Part shown: positions 39,614-49,026 of the stretch, one piece after another
Numbering within the stretch: position 1 is the first letter of the stretch
Layout of the letters: every line of letters starts with the position of its first letter
Origin: an uncultured Actinomycetes bacterium
GTDB lineage: Bacteria > Actinomycetota > UBA4738 > HRBIN12
Length of the DNA stretch: 64,000 nucleotides
Assembly (NCBI GenBank): GCA_963704725.1
Contig: OY969934.1
Location: forward strand, 672,001-736,000
Reading direction: 5' to 3'
The notes under the pieces: generated by a model
What the model was told of the DNA's origin: nothing
Databases searched by the model: none
What the model saw: the letters and a program-made list of their open reading frames with translations, nothing else
Program-made: the position numbers and the translations under genes

Positions 39614-40005
39614 TTCTCGTCGACTCCAACGTGCCGATGTACCTCGTCGGCGCGGAGCATCCTCACAAAGCGGATGCCCAGCGACTGCTCGACGACCTGA
39701 TCGCCCGCGAGGAACGCCTCGTCACGGACGCCGAAGTCCTCCAGGAGATCCTGCATCGCTACACGGCTATCAGGCGGCTGGACGCGATCCAGCCGGCCTT
39801 CGACGCGGTGCTGGACCTCGTGGACGAGGTGCTTCCCATCGGGCTCGAGGAGGCCGAGGAAGCGAAGCGGATCGTGCTCGGCCGATACGGTCTCTCTGCG
39901 CGCGATGCCATACATGTCGCCACGATGCGTTCACATGAGATCCGTCGCATCCTGAGCTTCGACACAGCGTTCGACAGATTCCCCGGCATCGAACGGATCG
40001 CATAG
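39610..40005 (+). CDS. vapC: PIN-domain toxin (VapC)
   Basis: [23 protein letters not shown]. Confidence 0.92.
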   Translation: MILVDSNVPMYLVGAEHPHKADAQRLLDDLIAREERLVTDAEVLQEILHRYTAIRRLDAIQPAFDAVLDLVDEVLPIGLEEAEEAKRIVLGRYGLSARDAIHVATMRSHEIRRILSFDTAFDRFPGIERIA

Positions 40006-40021
40006 GGACTGCTCTGAGGGG

Positions 40022-40274
40022 TGGTCTTGCCCGGCTTTCTTGGAGTCCGATAACCGCATTCCTCATGCCACGACCGTCAGTTGCCGTGAGCCTCGAACCA
40101 TGTCGAGATGAGCATCCCGAGCGCGCTGTGACGCCGCTGCCGGTTGTGGAAGACCTCGAGGTACTCGAAGATCGCGTTCGCGAGCTCGACCCGGGTTCGC
40201 CAGGTCTGCCGGTCGAGCAGCTCAACCTGCATCGGCGACCAGAACGACTCGATCATGGCGTTGCCCTAGCAGTG
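40022..40274 (-). mobile_element. IS3-family remnant (right end plus integrase C-terminus, internal stop)
   Basis: Minus frame C*GNAMIESFW..QVELL..WRTRVELANAIFEYLEVFHNRQRRHSALGM; TG-starting IR-like end at 40022-40047. Confidence 0.8.
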
Positions 40275-40396
40275 GCCTCGTGACCTGAAATGGATGTCAC
40301 TCCTCTTGAACCGGTCAGGATCCGCCGTCGTGCCGCGGTACGAGCGGCTGGATCAGAGTTTGGCCGCCGCCTCCAGCGTTCCGCGGCTGAGCCCGG

Positions 40397-40858
40397 TCAG
40401 CGCTCGGATTCCCGCAACATCGCCAGGGCACGCTCGAGGCGGCGGGCGCGCGTGTCCGGGCGCTGGGCCTCGGCGATCGAGACTGCGAGCTCGCGGCGCC
40501 GCGTGAACGAGAGGGCGTCGAACCGTTCGCGCGCCGCCCGGTCCGCGCGCAGCGTCGCGGCCAGATCGTCGGGGACCTCCACCTCGCGCGGTTGCTCGTC
40601 GTTCGAGACGACGACGTGCAGGGTGTCGCCGACCGAGGCGCCGGCGGCGGACATCACGGCCTTCGTCACGCCGAGCATCATCCGTCCGCCCATCGAGACG
40701 ATGGATCCGCGATAGGGAGCGCCGTTGAACGTCGCAGCGACGGGGATGCGCCCCCCGCCGCCGAGCGCGGAGACCACGTCGGGGGGGATCACGACGAGAT
40801 GGCCCCCGCTCCCCCGGGCGCTCGGGACGAGCTCCGCGTCGAAGGTCGCCCTCGCCAT
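40397..40858 (-). CDS. DUF1905 + YdeI/OmdA domain protein
   Basis: GRIPV..TFNG..YRGS; VEVPDDLA..L...F..LS.T.RRE...I..A.RP.TR.RR. Confidence 0.85.
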   Translation of the reverse strand: MARATFDAELVPSARGSGGHLVVIPPDVVSALGGGGRIPVAATFNGAPYRGSIVSMGGRMMLGVTKAVMSAAGASVGDTLHVVVSNDEQPREVEVPDDLAATLRADRAARERFDALSFTRRRELAVSIAEAQRPDTRARRLERALAMLRESER

Positions 40859-41047
40859 CGCTTCGAGCCTACCGCCCGGCCCGGCGCCGGGTCACGCGCC
40901 CGACGCCCCACCGGTACAGCGGCGGGGTCAACACCCGGAAGGCCTGCAGCGCAGCCACCCAGCGAGGGACGGACACCTCGGGCCGCAGGTGCGGAGTTCG
41001 TGCCGAGCGGTTCGATCGCCGGTATTCGAGCCTGACGGAGAGGCAGC

Positions 41048-41605
41048 GTGGGCAGTTCAGGGCAGCAGGCGGAGCACGACCGCGACGGCGACGGTAGCCG
41101 CAGATCCGCGCTCGCCCTCGTGAAGGAGGCGGGGCGGATCCTGACGCGCTATCTGCGCCCAGCGAGTCATCCGCGGGAGGAGACGAGGACGAGGTTCGTC
41201 CAGAGCGGGGATCTGGAGCGAGTCTTGGTTCTGATCACGCAGGCGATCGAGCTCGACCCGGATGAGCCCGCCTATCCATGGAATCTGGCCTCGTCGCTCC
41301 GTCGCCTCGATCAGCCGCAGTTCGCTCTCGCCTTCATCGAGCAGGCGATCCGCGTGGCGACCGAGGTCGGCGACTCCGAGTGGGCCGACGAGCACGTCCA
41401 CCTCGCGTGGGCCGACACGGCGCTTGCCGCTCGCCAGTTCGACGTCGCGCTCGTTGCCCTCGCTCGCGCGCGAGAGAAGACGCACGACGTCGACGTGTTG
41501 GCGGAGACCTCGCGACTCGCGGCCGCCGTCGCACACGAGAGCGGCGACGAACGGCGGGCCCAGGCACTCGCCGTCGGCGCCCGGCCGAGGGCCGAGAACG
41601 GCTGA
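41048..41605 (+). CDS. TPR-like hypothetical protein
   Basis: QAIELDPDEPAYPWNLA...AL..IEQAI. Confidence 0.6.
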   Translation: MGSSGQQAEHDRDGDGSRRSALALVKEAGRILTRYLRPASHPREETRTRFVQSGDLERVLVLITQAIELDPDEPAYPWNLASSLRRLDQPQFALAFIEQAIRVATEVGDSEWADEHVHLAWADTALAARQFDVALVALARAREKTHDVDVLAETSRLAAAVAHESGDERRAQALAVGARPRAENG

Positions 41606-41627
41606 CGGGGGTCAACGCGAAAGCGGG

Positions 41628-42014
41628 TCACCAGATCGTGCCGGCCCGGTCGTACGCGCGGATCCGACGGTCGCGCGTCACCAACGGGGCGTGCTCGGAG
41701 AGCGCCGAGGCGTAGATGAGCCGGTCGGCGGGGTCGCCGGGGAACGCCTCCTCGAGCAGTCCGGCTCGCAGCGCTCGCTCCGAGGTGAGCTCGAGCTCTT
41801 CGCACCGGTCGAGGGCCAGGGCCTGCCGGATCCAGCGATGGACGTCGCGGTCGAGCTGGATCCTGCCGCGGCGAGCGAGCATCGCGACCTCCCAGCAGCT
41901 GATCGCGCACACGCAGATCCGGTCGGCCCGATCGATCGCCTCGCGCGCCCGTCGCGACAGCCGGCTCGGCTCGGAGACCCACCAGAGCCAGATGTGGGTG
42001 TCGAGAACGATCAG
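41628..42014 (-). CDS. vapC: PIN-domain toxin (VapC), probable CTG start
   Basis: Frame extends to (L)IVLDTHIWLWW; SCWE, DPADRLI, LVTRD; CTG overlaps the antitoxin TGA. Confidence 0.88.
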   Translation of the reverse strand: MIVLDTHIWLWWVSEPSRLSRRAREAIDRADRICVCAISCWEVAMLARRGRIQLDRDVHRWIRQALALDRCEELELTSERALRAGLLEEAFPGDPADRLIYASALSEHAPLVTRDRRIRAYDRAGTIW

Positions 42015-42241
42015 GAGACCTCGGCCTCCCAGTCGGTCTCGATCGGGGCGACGAGCTCATCGTCGGAGGCGATGAAGGTGACGCTGCCGTTCAGGCTGGG
42101 TGGTTCCTCGACCGGGACGACTCGCGCGATCGGCCGGCCCCTCTTGGTCACGATGAGCTCCTCGCCGGTCTCGGCCACCTTGTCGAGGAGGCCGAGGCAC
42201 TCCGCTTTGAACTTGCTGATGGCGATGGATCGTTGGGCCAC
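42011..42241 (-). CDS. Phd/YefM antitoxin
   Basis: ISKFKA..L.LLD.V...GE..IVTKRGRPIARVVP. Confidence 0.9.
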   Translation of the reverse strand: MAQRSIAISKFKAECLGLLDKVAETGEELIVTKRGRPIARVVPVEEPPSLNGSVTFIASDDELVAPIETDWEAEVS

Positions 42242-42260
42242 TCGGGGCTCCTCGCTGTTG

Positions 42261-42286
42261 TGACTATGGTCAGAATACCATGGTCA
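42261..42286. promoter_or_regulatory. Tandem palindromic operator of the phd-vapC pair
   Basis: TGACTATGGTCA and ATACCATGGTCA just upstream of the antitoxin start. Confidence 0.6.
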
Positions 42287-42287
42287 G

Positions 42288-42755
42288 TTACTCGTCCCGC
42301 GGTCCCTCGAACGGCGTGGGCTCTCGGAGGATCTCGAGGTCGGCGAGGCCGTCGTCCGGGTTGCGGTGGAGCGTGCCGAGGAGCGCGAACCCGAGGTCCC
42401 GGATCGCGAGGTGATCGGGCCTCGGTGTGTCGGGGCGCCGGAGGCCGAGGACGATCTGGAGCCCGGCGGCATCGGCGACCCGCAGGAGCGTCCGGATCGT
42501 CGGGAGGCGATTGCCGGTCTCGATGGTCGCGAGCGTCGATTGGGAGGTGCCGATCGTGGCGGCGAGCCGGCGTTGGGACAGGCCACTGAGCTCGCGGGCG
42601 ACGAGGACGAGATAGCCGGCGCCGAGCGACTGGGGTGTCGTCGGTGGGGGAGGCTCCGGCGGCGAGGTGATCTCGATTTCGAGATCACCTCGTTCGCGGA
42701 CGTCCCCGCCCTCCACCGGCCGAACCCTACGCGCCGCCACCGACGCTGTGCTCAC
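42288..42755 (-). CDS. XRE-family HTH protein
   Basis: ARELSGLSQRRLAATIGTSQSTLATIETG..PTI.TL; start uncertain. Confidence 0.75.
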   Translation of the reverse strand: MSTASVAARRVRPVEGGDVRERGDLEIEITSPPEPPPPTTPQSLGAGYLVLVARELSGLSQRRLAATIGTSQSTLATIETGNRLPTIRTLLRVADAAGLQIVLGLRRPDTPRPDHLAIRDLGFALLGTLHRNPDDGLADLEILREPTPFEGPRDE

Positions 42756-42793
42756 CCAGCTGAGCCGTCACCGCCCTGCGCTACGGTCCCACC

Positions 42794-44863
42794 GTGAGCT
42801 CCGAGACCACCGAGCGGGCCACGCGGCTCCTCGAGGCGATCGCGGGGCCCGGCTCCCGACCGCGACCGGGCCAGCTCGAGGCGATCGAGGCGGTCGCCGG
42901 CCGCCGTGGCCGCGTGCTCCTCGTCCAGCGGACCGGGTGGGGCAAGAGCGCCGTGTACTTCGTCGCCACGCGGCTCCTCCGTGACGCCGGCGCCGGGCCG
43001 ACGTTGCTCGTATCCCCGCTCCTGGCCCTGATGCGGAACCAGATCGAGATGGCGAACCGAGCGGGAGTGGTGGCCGAGACCATCAACAGCTCGAATCGCG
43101 AGGAGTGGGAGCGGGTCCGCGGCGCGCTCGAGGACGGCCGCGTCGACCTTCTCCTCGTCTCGCCCGAGCGGTTCAACAACCTCGAGTTCCGCGACGACGT
43201 GCTTCCCGCGCTGGCCGGCGCCACCGGGCTGCTCGTGGTGGACGAGGCCCACTGCATCAGCGACTGGGGGCACGATTTCCGGCCCGACTACCGGCGGCTG
43301 GTACGGGTCCTCGACCTTCTTCCGCGCGGCGTCCCGATCCTGTGCACGACGGCGACCGCGAACGACCGCGTCATCGCCGACGTCACCGAGCAGCTCGGCA
43401 GCGACCTGGAGACGTTCCGCGGCACCCTGGAGCGGGAGAGCCTCGCGCTGTCCGTCGTCGACCTGCCCTCGCAGCCGGACCGCCTGGCGTGGCTCGCCCG
43501 GAACGTCCCCGCGTTCGTCGGGAGCGGGATCGTCTACTGCCTCACGATCCGCGACACGGAGCGCGTGGCCGAATGGCTCACATCCCAGGGCATCCATGCC
43601 GTCGCGTACAGCGGCGGGACCGAGAACGAGGAGCGCGAGCGGGTCGAGGCCGACCTGCTCGCGAACCGCGTGAAGGTCGTCGTCGCCACGTCGGCGCTCG
43701 GCATGGGGTTCGACAAGCCCGACCTCGCCTTCGTCGTGCACTTCCAGTCGCCGGGCTCGCCGATCGCCTACTACCAGCAGGTCGGCCGGGCGGGCCGCGC
43801 CCTCGACCACGCGCCGGCGGTGCTCCTGCGAGGCAACGAGGACCGGGACATCCAGGACTACTTCATCCGGACCGCGTTCTCCCCGCGGCGGCAGGCGGAG
43901 CAGGTGATCGAGCTGCTCGCCGAGCACGCGCGTCCGATGACCGTCGCAGAGATCCTCGCGCACGTGAACGTCCGTCGGTCCCGACTCGAGGCGATGCTCA
44001 AGATCCTCGAGGTCGAGGGGGCGATCGCCCGCCGGGACCGAGGGTGGATCCGCACGCTCCAGCCGTGGACCTACGACGCCGCGCGCGTCGAGGCGGTCAC
44101 GGCCACGCGACGGGCCGAGCAGGCCGCGATGGAGGAGTACGCGACCACGCCGGGATGCCTGATGGAGTTCCTCCGGCGGGAGCTCGACGACCCGGGCGCC
44201 GAGCCCTGCGGGCGATGCGCGAACTGCACTCGAGTGCCGCCGCCGTCGGCGGTCGATCCGGAGCTCGCCGAGGCCGGTCGCGGGTACCTGCGCTCGAGAT
44301 CGATCGCGGTCGAGCCGAGGAAGATGTGGCCCACCGGCCTGGACGACCTCCGCGGCCGGATCCCGGCGGAGTCGCTCCTCGAGCCGGGGCGGGCGCTCTG
44401 CGTCTACAACGACGGAGGGTGGGGCGAGCTCGTGCGCGAGTCGAAGCTGCACGGGACGGCCTTCCCGGACGAGCTCGTCGAGGCGTCGGCCCGGCTGATC
44501 ACGCGCGTGTGGCGACCGGACCCGGCGCCGGAGTGGGTGACGGCGGTGCCGTCGCAGCTCCACCCGGAGCTCGTGCCGGGGTTCGCCGAGCGCCTGGCCG
44601 GCGCGCTCGGGCTGCCGTTCGTCCTGCCGGCGCGCAAGGCTCGCGAGACCGCCCCGCAGAAGGAGATGGAGAACAGCGCCCAGCAGCTCCTGAACATCCT
44701 CGATGAGTTCGAGGTCGCGAGTCGCGTGCCGTCGGGACCGGTCCTGCTCGTCGACGACATCCGCGACTCGGGATGGACGCTGACCGTGCTCGGCCGGCAG
44801 CTGCTCGAGGCCGGGAGCGGGCCCGTGTACCCGTTCGTGCTCGCCGTCGCGGTGAGCGCATGA
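42794..44863 (+). CDS. rqlH: RecQ-like helicase with tetracysteine and C-terminal PRTase-like domain (RqlH clade)
   Basis: TGWGKS, DEAHCISDWGHDFRPDY, TAT, QVGRAGR, C..CGRCANC, LLVDDIRDSGWT. Confidence 0.85.
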   Translation: MSSETTERATRLLEAIAGPGSRPRPGQLEAIEAVAGRRGRVLLVQRTGWGKSAVYFVATRLLRDAGAGPTLLVSPLLALMRNQIEMANRAGVVAETINSSNREEWERVRGALEDGRVDLLLVSPERFNNLEFRDDVLPALAGATGLLVVDEAHCISDWGHDFRPDYRRLVRVLDLLPRGVPILCTTATANDRVIADVTEQLGSDLETFRGTLERESLALSVVDLPSQPDRLAWLARNVPAFVGSGIVYCLTIRDTERVAEWLTSQGIHAVAYSGGTENEERERVEADLLANRVKVVVATSALGMGFDKPDLAFVVHFQSPGSPIAYYQQVGRAGRALDHAPAVLLRGNEDRDIQDYFIRTAFSPRRQAEQVIELLAEHARPMTVAEILAHVNVRRSRLEAMLKILEVEGAIARRDRGWIRTLQPWTYDAARVEAVTATRRAEQAAMEEYATTPGCLMEFLRRELDDPGAEPCGRCANCTRVPPPSAVDPELAEAGRGYLRSRSIAVEPRKMWPTGLDDLRGRIPAESLLEPGRALCVYNDGGWGELVRESKLHGTAFPDELVEASARLITRVWRPDPAPEWVTAVPSQLHPELVPGFAERLAGALGLPFVLPARKARETAPQKEMENSAQQLLNILDEFEVASRVPSGPVLLVDDIRDSGWTLTVLGRQLLEAGSGPVYPFVLAVAVSA

Positions 44864-44884
44864 GCCGCGTAGGGTGGTGATCGG

Positions 44885-45832
44885 ATGGCCCGACGACGCG
44901 ACGACGCGCTCGCCTCGCTCCTCCTCACGAACCGGCTGACCGAGACGGCGGCGAAGCCGCTCGCCGCGGGGGAGTTCTGGTCCCTGGTCCGGACGGTCGA
45001 GGACCCGGCCCGGCTGCTCGGCCTGGATGCGGCGGGCGTCGCACAGGCCGTGGGATCCACCGTCGCGGAGGCCGAGCGCGTGACGTCGCTGCTCGAGGCG
45101 GGTGCGGCGCTCGCGTTCGAGCTCGAGCGGCTCGAGCAGGAGGGGTTCCGCGTCCTGTCGCCGTTCGACGACGGGTACCCGGAGCGGCTCGTGACGCGGC
45201 TCGGAGACGCGGCGCCGCCGGTCCTCGTCGTGGCAGGTCCGACGTCGCTGCTCGAGCAGGACGGGATCGGGATCGTCGGTTCCCGCGACGTCACACCCGA
45301 AGGCGTCGCGGTCGCCCGCGGCGCGGCGGAGCTCGCGGTGGCCAACGGCCTCGCCGTCGTCTCCGGGGGCGCCCGCGGGGTCGACCAGCAGGCGATGGCC
45401 GCCGCGTACCAAGCGGGCGGGACAGTGGTGGGGGTCCTCGCCGAGTCGCTCCTGCGCCGGGTCCGCGACCCGGAGACCCGGAGGGCGATCGGCGAGGGGT
45501 CCGCGTGCCTCCTCACGCCGTACAAGCCCGACGCCGGGTTCAGCGTCGCGAACGCGATGGGGCGGAACAAGCTGGTCTACGCACTGTCCCGCGTGACGCT
45601 CGTCGTGGCGAGCGACCTCGAGAGCGGCGGGACGTGGGAGGGCGCGAAGGAATCGCTCTCGCGGGGCTACGGCGCCGTCGCGGTGTGGCGCGGAAGCGGG
45701 GCCGGCGCGGGCAACGAGGCGCTGGTCCGACTCGGAGCGACGCCCATCGAAGACGTGGACGAGCTCCCGGCCCTGGAAGCGCGCGAGTCCGAGCCGGTGG
45801 GTGGCACCGAGCAGCTGAAGCTCGGGATGTGA
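44885..45832 (+). CDS. DprA/Smf-like protein (RqlI-like)
   Basis: YPERL..PP.L, IVGSR, VSGGARGVD, AMGRN, GGTW; directly follows rqlH. Confidence 0.85.
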   Translation: MARRRDDALASLLLTNRLTETAAKPLAAGEFWSLVRTVEDPARLLGLDAAGVAQAVGSTVAEAERVTSLLEAGAALAFELERLEQEGFRVLSPFDDGYPERLVTRLGDAAPPVLVVAGPTSLLEQDGIGIVGSRDVTPEGVAVARGAAELAVANGLAVVSGGARGVDQQAMAAAYQAGGTVVGVLAESLLRRVRDPETRRAIGEGSACLLTPYKPDAGFSVANAMGRNKLVYALSRVTLVVASDLESGGTWEGAKESLSRGYGAVAVWRGSGAGAGNEALVRLGATPIEDVDELPALEARESEPVGGTEQLKLGM

Positions 45833-45944
45833 TCTCGCCGGCGGGCCCTGGGTCGGCCGGAGCGTGGCCTCGTGCGAGCCGATCCTCGCCGCTGCGCGCG
45901 CCCGATCGACGTGAGTCGTCGCTCTGCCTCCGTACACTCGGCGC

Positions 45945-46952
45945 GTGCGATTCGGCTACGGTCTGATCACCTGCCAGCGATACCCCGGCGACCCGCGGAC
46001 GGACGCGGATCTGTACCGGGAAGCTCTGGAGCTGGCGGAGGAAGTGGAGCGCTTGGGCTTCGACTCCGTGTGGACCAGCGAGCATCACTTCGCGGACGAC
46101 GCCTACGCACCCTCGCTGCTCACGCTCACGGCTGCCATCGCCGCCCGGACCCGTTCCATCCTGCTCGGGACGGGGCTGCTCCTGGCGCCGCTCTACCCGC
46201 CGCTTCGATTGGCGGAGGACGCAGCGGTGGTGGACCTGCTGTCCGAGGGGCGGTTCATCCTCGGCCTCGGACTCGGGTGGCTCGACTGGGAGTTCGACGC
46301 GCTCGGCGTTCCGTTCGGGGAGCGGGCGAGCCTGACCGAGGAGGCCATCAGGGTCTGCCGTCAGGGCTGGGGCGACGGGCTCGTCGAGGGCCCCGGCGTG
46401 GCGGTGCACCCCAAGCCGATGCGGCCGGGCGGGCCGCCCATCTGGTTGGGCGCCCACGCTGAGCGAGCCGTCCGCCGGGCCGCTCGGCTGGCCGACGGCT
46501 GGATGGCCGGGGAGCCCGACCTCGACGGATTCGCGCTCCGCTTGGCGTGGCTACGTGACGAGGCGACCCGGGCGGGACGTCGGGCCGATGCACTGGAGGT
46601 CGCCGGGTACTGGCCGGTATTCGTGTGGGAGGAGGGCGACGCCTGGGAGCGCGTGCGCCCGTACCACCACTACGTCGACTGGAGGTACGACGACGCCGAG
46701 GGAGCCCGCGGGCGCTTGGGCCCGATCCCGAGCCCGCCGCCGCTCGACGCGGAGAGCGAGGCCGCCCTCCGCGCGACGATGATCTGCGGGTCGCCCAACG
46801 AGGTGGTCGCGCGGATCGCCGAGTACGCCGAGGCGGCCGGACCCGGCTTCCACTTCGTGGCCCGTCTGTACTACCCGGGGATGGACCCAGCCACGATGCG
46901 CGAGTCCACGCGCTTGTTCGCCGAGAAGGTTATCCCGGCACTGCGCGGCTGA
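45945..46952 (+). CDS. Luciferase-like (LLM) flavin-dependent oxidoreductase
   Basis: GFDSVWTSEHHF, RLAED...D.LS.GR..LGLG.G, PPIWLG. Confidence 0.9.
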   Translation: MRFGYGLITCQRYPGDPRTDADLYREALELAEEVERLGFDSVWTSEHHFADDAYAPSLLTLTAAIAARTRSILLGTGLLLAPLYPPLRLAEDAAVVDLLSEGRFILGLGLGWLDWEFDALGVPFGERASLTEEAIRVCRQGWGDGLVEGPGVAVHPKPMRPGGPPIWLGAHAERAVRRAARLADGWMAGEPDLDGFALRLAWLRDEATRAGRRADALEVAGYWPVFVWEEGDAWERVRPYHHYVDWRYDDAEGARGRLGPIPSPPPLDAESEAALRATMICGSPNEVVARIAEYAEAAGPGFHFVARLYYPGMDPATMRESTRLFAEKVIPALRG

Positions 46953-47162
46953 GCGGTCGGACCTCGCCCGGATCGGTCTCGGTTCGGCGGAGCTGGTGAC
47001 ACAGTCGGACCCCATCCCCCAGTAGGGCGCGGTCTTCACCCCCGGCCTGTACGTGGAGCCGAAGCCGCGGATCGAGATGGTGAGAGGTCTGGATGATGGC
47101 GGCCTCTCACGCCCCGGCGCCTGATCCCTCGCATCCCCGACTTCCCAACGCGACAATGGGGC

Positions 47163-47561
47163 ATGGTGACTCGCCGACTAGAAGTGGGCGACCGCGTGGT
47201 GGTCTATGGCGGCTACGATCCGGAGCCCGAGTGGCTGGTCGCGAACCCGGCTGGCTATGTTGGTCGCGTCGTTGAGTTCCTTCCCGGTCAGAACCTGAAC
47301 CTCGCGCCGCTGATCGAACTCGACGACCAGCTCGTGCTCCCCGCCGGAGCTGGGGCCGCGCGAGGAACGGAGGTTCGTGGGCTGTTCCTCGTCCTTGAGC
47401 TCGCGCATCGAGGCACAGACTGGTCCACCCCGACTCCCCGCATCCACGTGGAGCTCTGTGACTTCCGCCCCGAGCCCAAAGCGTGGCCAGATCGTCGCCA
47501 AGGCGCTCGGGTCGAGTCCCACGCGACTTACCGGGTGATCGGGACCGAGAAGGGCCGATAA
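47163..47561 (+). CDS. Hypothetical protein (array gene 1)
   Basis: 132-aa ORF with lower GC; GACAAT just before the ATG. Confidence 0.6.
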   Translation: MVTRRLEVGDRVVVYGGYDPEPEWLVANPAGYVGRVVEFLPGQNLNLAPLIELDDQLVLPAGAGAARGTEVRGLFLVLELAHRGTDWSTPTPRIHVELCDFRPEPKAWPDRRQGARVESHATYRVIGTEKGR

Positions 47562-47642
47562 GTACCCGCGCCCCGGGTGCGAGGCCCCGAGTAGGTATCT
47601 AGAGTCGTGCAGGCGCAGATGACGAGATGACTGGGGACGCAG

Positions 47643-47888
47643 GTGACCGACGAGCCTGAAGTGCTTGACGGACTGGAGGCCCAACGAAAGGCAGCCGGCT
47701 TGCAGGAGCTCGTGTCAAATGAGTACGACTGGACTGCGCTCTACCGCGATCCCGTTTCCGGAACGCTCTGGAAGGAGTCATACCCGTCGCCCGAAACACA
47801 CGGTGGGGGACCGCCTCGACTCGAGATGATCGATCGCCGTCGAGCCCTCTTGGAGTTCGACCTGACAGAGGGCGACCTGGACGAATGA
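47643..47888 (+). CDS. Imm27-like polymorphic-toxin immunity protein (array gene 2)
   Basis: W..LYRDP..G.LW..SYP..E.HGGGPP.L signature. Confidence 0.7.
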   Translation: MTDEPEVLDGLEAQRKAAGLQELVSNEYDWTALYRDPVSGTLWKESYPSPETHGGGPPRLEMIDRRRALLEFDLTEGDLDE

Positions 47889-47973
47889 GTGAGGTTCCGG
47901 GGGTTCGCGTGACGTCACAAATGTCCACGCGCCCCGGCGCACGCAGCCGCAGACGCTGGACCCTATCCTCACG

Positions 47974-48369
47974 ATGATGACTTCAAGGCCGACCGACCGG
48001 CGGAATGTGACTTGGTTCATCGCCTGGATGCTCACGGGTGCCGGTTATGCCCTTGGAATCCTGGGCGCGCTCTCCATCGGTCCCTATGTCCTGGTCATCA
48101 CGGTGGCAGCCACCATCGTTCTTGCTACCCGCAGGGGATCCAAGGTGGGGCTACCCGGCCTGGTTTCCGGTCTCGGACTCCCACTGTTCTACGTTGCGTT
48201 CTTGAACCGATCAGGGCCTGGAACGGTCTGCACCTCTACCGGTACGAGCCAATCCTGCGTGGATGAATGGAGCCCATGGCCGTGGCTCGCGATCGGGATT
48301 GTGCTGCTGGTGAGCGGGTACGTGTGGTTCGCGAGGACCCACCGGCGTACAGGTGCCGCCGCCCCATGA
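47974..48369 (+). CDS. Small integral membrane protein (array gene 3)
   Basis: About 4 hydrophobic segments and a C-x8-C loop. Confidence 0.65.
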   Translation: MMTSRPTDRRNVTWFIAWMLTGAGYALGILGALSIGPYVLVITVAATIVLATRRGSKVGLPGLVSGLGLPLFYVAFLNRSGPGTVCTSTGTSQSCVDEWSPWPWLAIGIVLLVSGYVWFARTHRRTGAAAP

Positions 48370-48497
48370 CCATGACGCTCTGGGTCACGGTGCTTGAATA
48401 GACCCTGGGCTCTCGCGGGCATGTCCGAGAGACTGTCGGGCTCCAAGAACATTGCCCACGCTCGGGCATCCCAGCGACCTCGACCTAGAGTTGAACT

Positions 48498-48752
48498 ATG
48501 TCTACGGACAGCTACGGCAACCAGATCGTTCGCTACACGGTCCGGATGCAGCTGGAACCTGAGGGCCGGATGGTCGAGTACAGGGCGGTCACCTCTCTCG
48601 GGGAGCTGAAGGCAGCGGCGATGGCGGCGTTGCGACTGCGGTCGGAGGACCCGGAAGCACGATTCGCGTCCATCGAGATCGTGAACACGGAGACCAAGTA
48701 CACGATCGATCCGGAGCGCGACTTGCTCGACTACTTGGGAGGCGTCGACTGA
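48498..48752 (+). CDS. Hypothetical protein (array gene 4)
   Basis: 84 aa; TAGAGT -10 6 nt before the ATG; hairpin ccctgaccc-ccgga-gggtcgggg after the stop. Confidence 0.6.
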   Translation: MSTDSYGNQIVRYTVRMQLEPEGRMVEYRAVTSLGELKAAAMAALRLRSEDPEARFASIEIVNTETKYTIDPERDLLDYLGGVD

Positions 48753-49026
48753 CCCCTGACCCCCGGAGGGTCGGGGTACATCGGCGAACGCTCGCGCACC
48801 ACGGCGTGCCCTTCCTGGACGGCTCGTAGTGTCCACGCGCCCCGGCGCGGGAGGCTTCCACCGTCCCCGACTGACTTCTGGCTCGGTGTACGCAGATGAC
48901 GAGATGACGGCGGATCGAAAAGGTTGGGGATTCTGATGGTCCTGATCCCGAGGAGTCGCGTGGCCCCTGCATCGACCGGCCGCGCGGAGGAACAGTGGCA
49001 CCGGAACGGAGAGGAGATGAACATCC

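Noticed and set aside
44885-45832. Competence dprA
   Set aside because: Context is RqlH-linked rather than comM/yraN; fits the RqlI-type paralog better
46953-47100. Possible gene fragment on the minus strand before the array
   Set aside because: Short, no recognisable family, no supported start
47922-47940. Repeat as a tRNA 3'-end att site
   Set aside because: No T-loop (GGTTCGA) sequence adjacent and no tRNA found in the window
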